This document shows, piece by piece, positions 62,810 through 64,000 of a stretch of DNA of 64,000 nt. The stretch's first letter is position 1. The number at the start of each line of letters is the position of its first letter. Made by a program: the position numbers and the translations under genes. The notes under the pieces are model-generated. The model saw only the letters and a program-made list of their open reading frames with translations, had not been told where the DNA came from and searched no databases. Origin of the DNA: an uncultured Chloroflexia bacterium (GTDB taxonomy: Bacteria; Chloroflexota; UBA6077; JACCZL01); NCBI GenBank assembly GCA_963765765.1, contig CAVXYC010000015.1:576001-640000 (forward strand), written 5' to 3'.

Positions 62810-64000
62810 CAGCTCAACTTGACGAAGCGGTTGGTGTTCTCCTTCAGCGGCGCGTAGTAGCCGATGTCGTCCAGCGGCACGTCGATCTTGTGCTCGCCTT
62901 CACCGTGCTGCGCTGTACAGCCGGCGACGGTACACGCCATGGAGCCGGGCTTGATCCCACTGTCATAGCCCAGCCAGCGCACCCGCTTGCGCGGCACCTT
63001 GCCCCAGAAGCGATCATCGATCCACTTGAGCGAGCGCACCAGCGCTGGCCTCGCCTTTACGGGCGTGTGCTTCAGCGTCTGCACTGTCATCGTTCGCCAC
63101 CAGGTGTTCGGCTTGGTGAACGGGCAGACCGTGGAGCAGGTGAGGCAGACGGACCAGTGATCCGTCATGAGCGGCCGAAGCTTGTAACACGGCTCCCACT
63201 TGATCTTGTACTTCTCAACGCCGTTGTAGACCTGCTTCCCTTCAAAGGAGATGCTGTTGGTAGGACAGGTCTCGGCGCACTTACGGCAGATCTTGCAGAA
63301 ATCCTCAACGCCGATGTCGATCGGCTTGTCAGGCACCAGCGGCAGATCGGTCAAGATGGCGTCGTTCAGATGAATCCGGGCGCCAAACTCCTCGGAGATG
63401 ATCAAGCCGTTGCGCCCAAGCTCGCCGATGCCGGCCGCCAGCGCCGCGGCCTGGGGATTCACCTTTCCGCGGATGGCGGTGTAGCCGAGTTCGCGAATGT
63501 AGCCCTCGAGCTGCGTCAGTACGAGTCCCAGGTTCATGAGTGTGAACTCATACGCGGCATCGCCGATGTGATGGCGATGCGCCTGGGCCATCTCATAGTT
63601 CCAGGCCACGGGCGTGACCAGGACGTATGGATATGCCGTGCACAGCTCTTCCTGGGTCATCGTGCCGTCGTCGACGCTTGTGCGGAAGCCCACATCGTGC
63701 AGCGCGCCACCGCCGTACAGGAACGATGGGTGGGAGCGAGCCACGCCAACGATATCCGCGCCGAACGTCTTGGCCACCCGTTTGATGTGGCCAGTCATGA
63801 CGGCTGGATCCGCGACGGGCGTGCGCTCGGGATTAGTGCTGCCCTTCTTAAGGCCGCGCAGGTGGGCCTGAAAGACGTTCTTGTTATCGCGCCCGCGATT
63901 TGGGGAATTGATGCGGCTAAGAGGATCCTTACTCACGCTGTTGCGGTACCAGTTGAACAGCGACTTGCCCACCTCACCGCGCGACACGCGCGGGTGCGGC
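62809..64000 (-). CDS. Reductive dehalogenase (RdhA/QueG superfamily) B12 and 2x[4Fe-4S] enzyme; frame open to window edge
   Basis: FGADIVGV, YIRELGY, AGIGELGRNG, LTDLPLVPDKPID, FCKICRKCAETCP, C-x13-CLTCSTVCPF. Confidence 0.85.
   Translation of the reverse strand, partial: PHPRVSRGEVGKSLFNWYRNSVSKDPLSRINSPNRGRDNKNVFQAHLRGLKKGSTNPERTPVADPAVMTGHIKRVAKTFGADIVGVARSHPSFLYGGGALHDVGFRTSVDDGTMTQEELCTAYPYVLVTPVAWNYEMAQAHRHHIGDAAYEFTLMNLGLVLTQLEGYIRELGYTAIRGKVNPQAAALAAGIGELGRNGLIISEEFGARIHLNDAILTDLPLVPDKPIDIGVEDFCKICRKCAETCPTNSISFEGKQVYNGVEKYKIKWEPCYKLRPLMTDHWSVCLTCSTVCPFTKPNTWWRTMTVQTLKHTPVKARPALVRSLKWIDDRFWGKVPRKRVRWLGYDSGIKPGSMACTVAGCTAQHGEGEHKIDVPLDDIGYYAPLKENTNRFVKLS

Noticed and set aside
1-64000. 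CRISPR arrays, tRNA and rRNA genes
   Set aside because: No regularly spaced repeats, cloverleaf or rRNA-like sequence was recognised by eye.

Overview
A GC-rich bacterial window, probably Chloroflexota (inferred from a Pro/Ala-rich lipoprotein solute-binding protein, F420-type enzymes and a GAAC-N4-GTTC SOS box). Many single-base frameshifts hit even trxB and ahcY, which points to an error-prone long-read or MAG assembly. About 1-34 kb is accessory: a glycosyltransferase/methyltransferase/duplicated SDR/LLM cluster, secreted hydrolases, an IS remnant, an RND pump, gene remnants, a branched-chain-type ABC transporter, a lactonase, and a rhodanese coupled to a Mo-hydroxylase. About 34.5-41.5 kb is a stress cluster with four copies of one ECF-type promoter. 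About 41.6-64 kb holds SAH riboswitch-ahcY, a LigB-like dioxygenase, XPB plus partner, trxB, MrfAB-like repair genes and a reductive dehalogenase-like operon. Best candidates for undescribed systems: (1) a two-gene cassette at 6370-8085 encoding a membrane protein with both PmoC/AmoC-like copper motifs (D-x3-H-x12-H and D-x3-H-x13-H) plus an exported partner with a predicted N-terminal His, bracketed by a duplicated gene end; (2) an operon at 61558-64000 encoding an RdhA-like enzyme, a stand-alone Fe-S-less Rdh domain and a ferredoxin-GlcG/PduOC fusion. All calls come from reading motifs by eye; no database searches were run.
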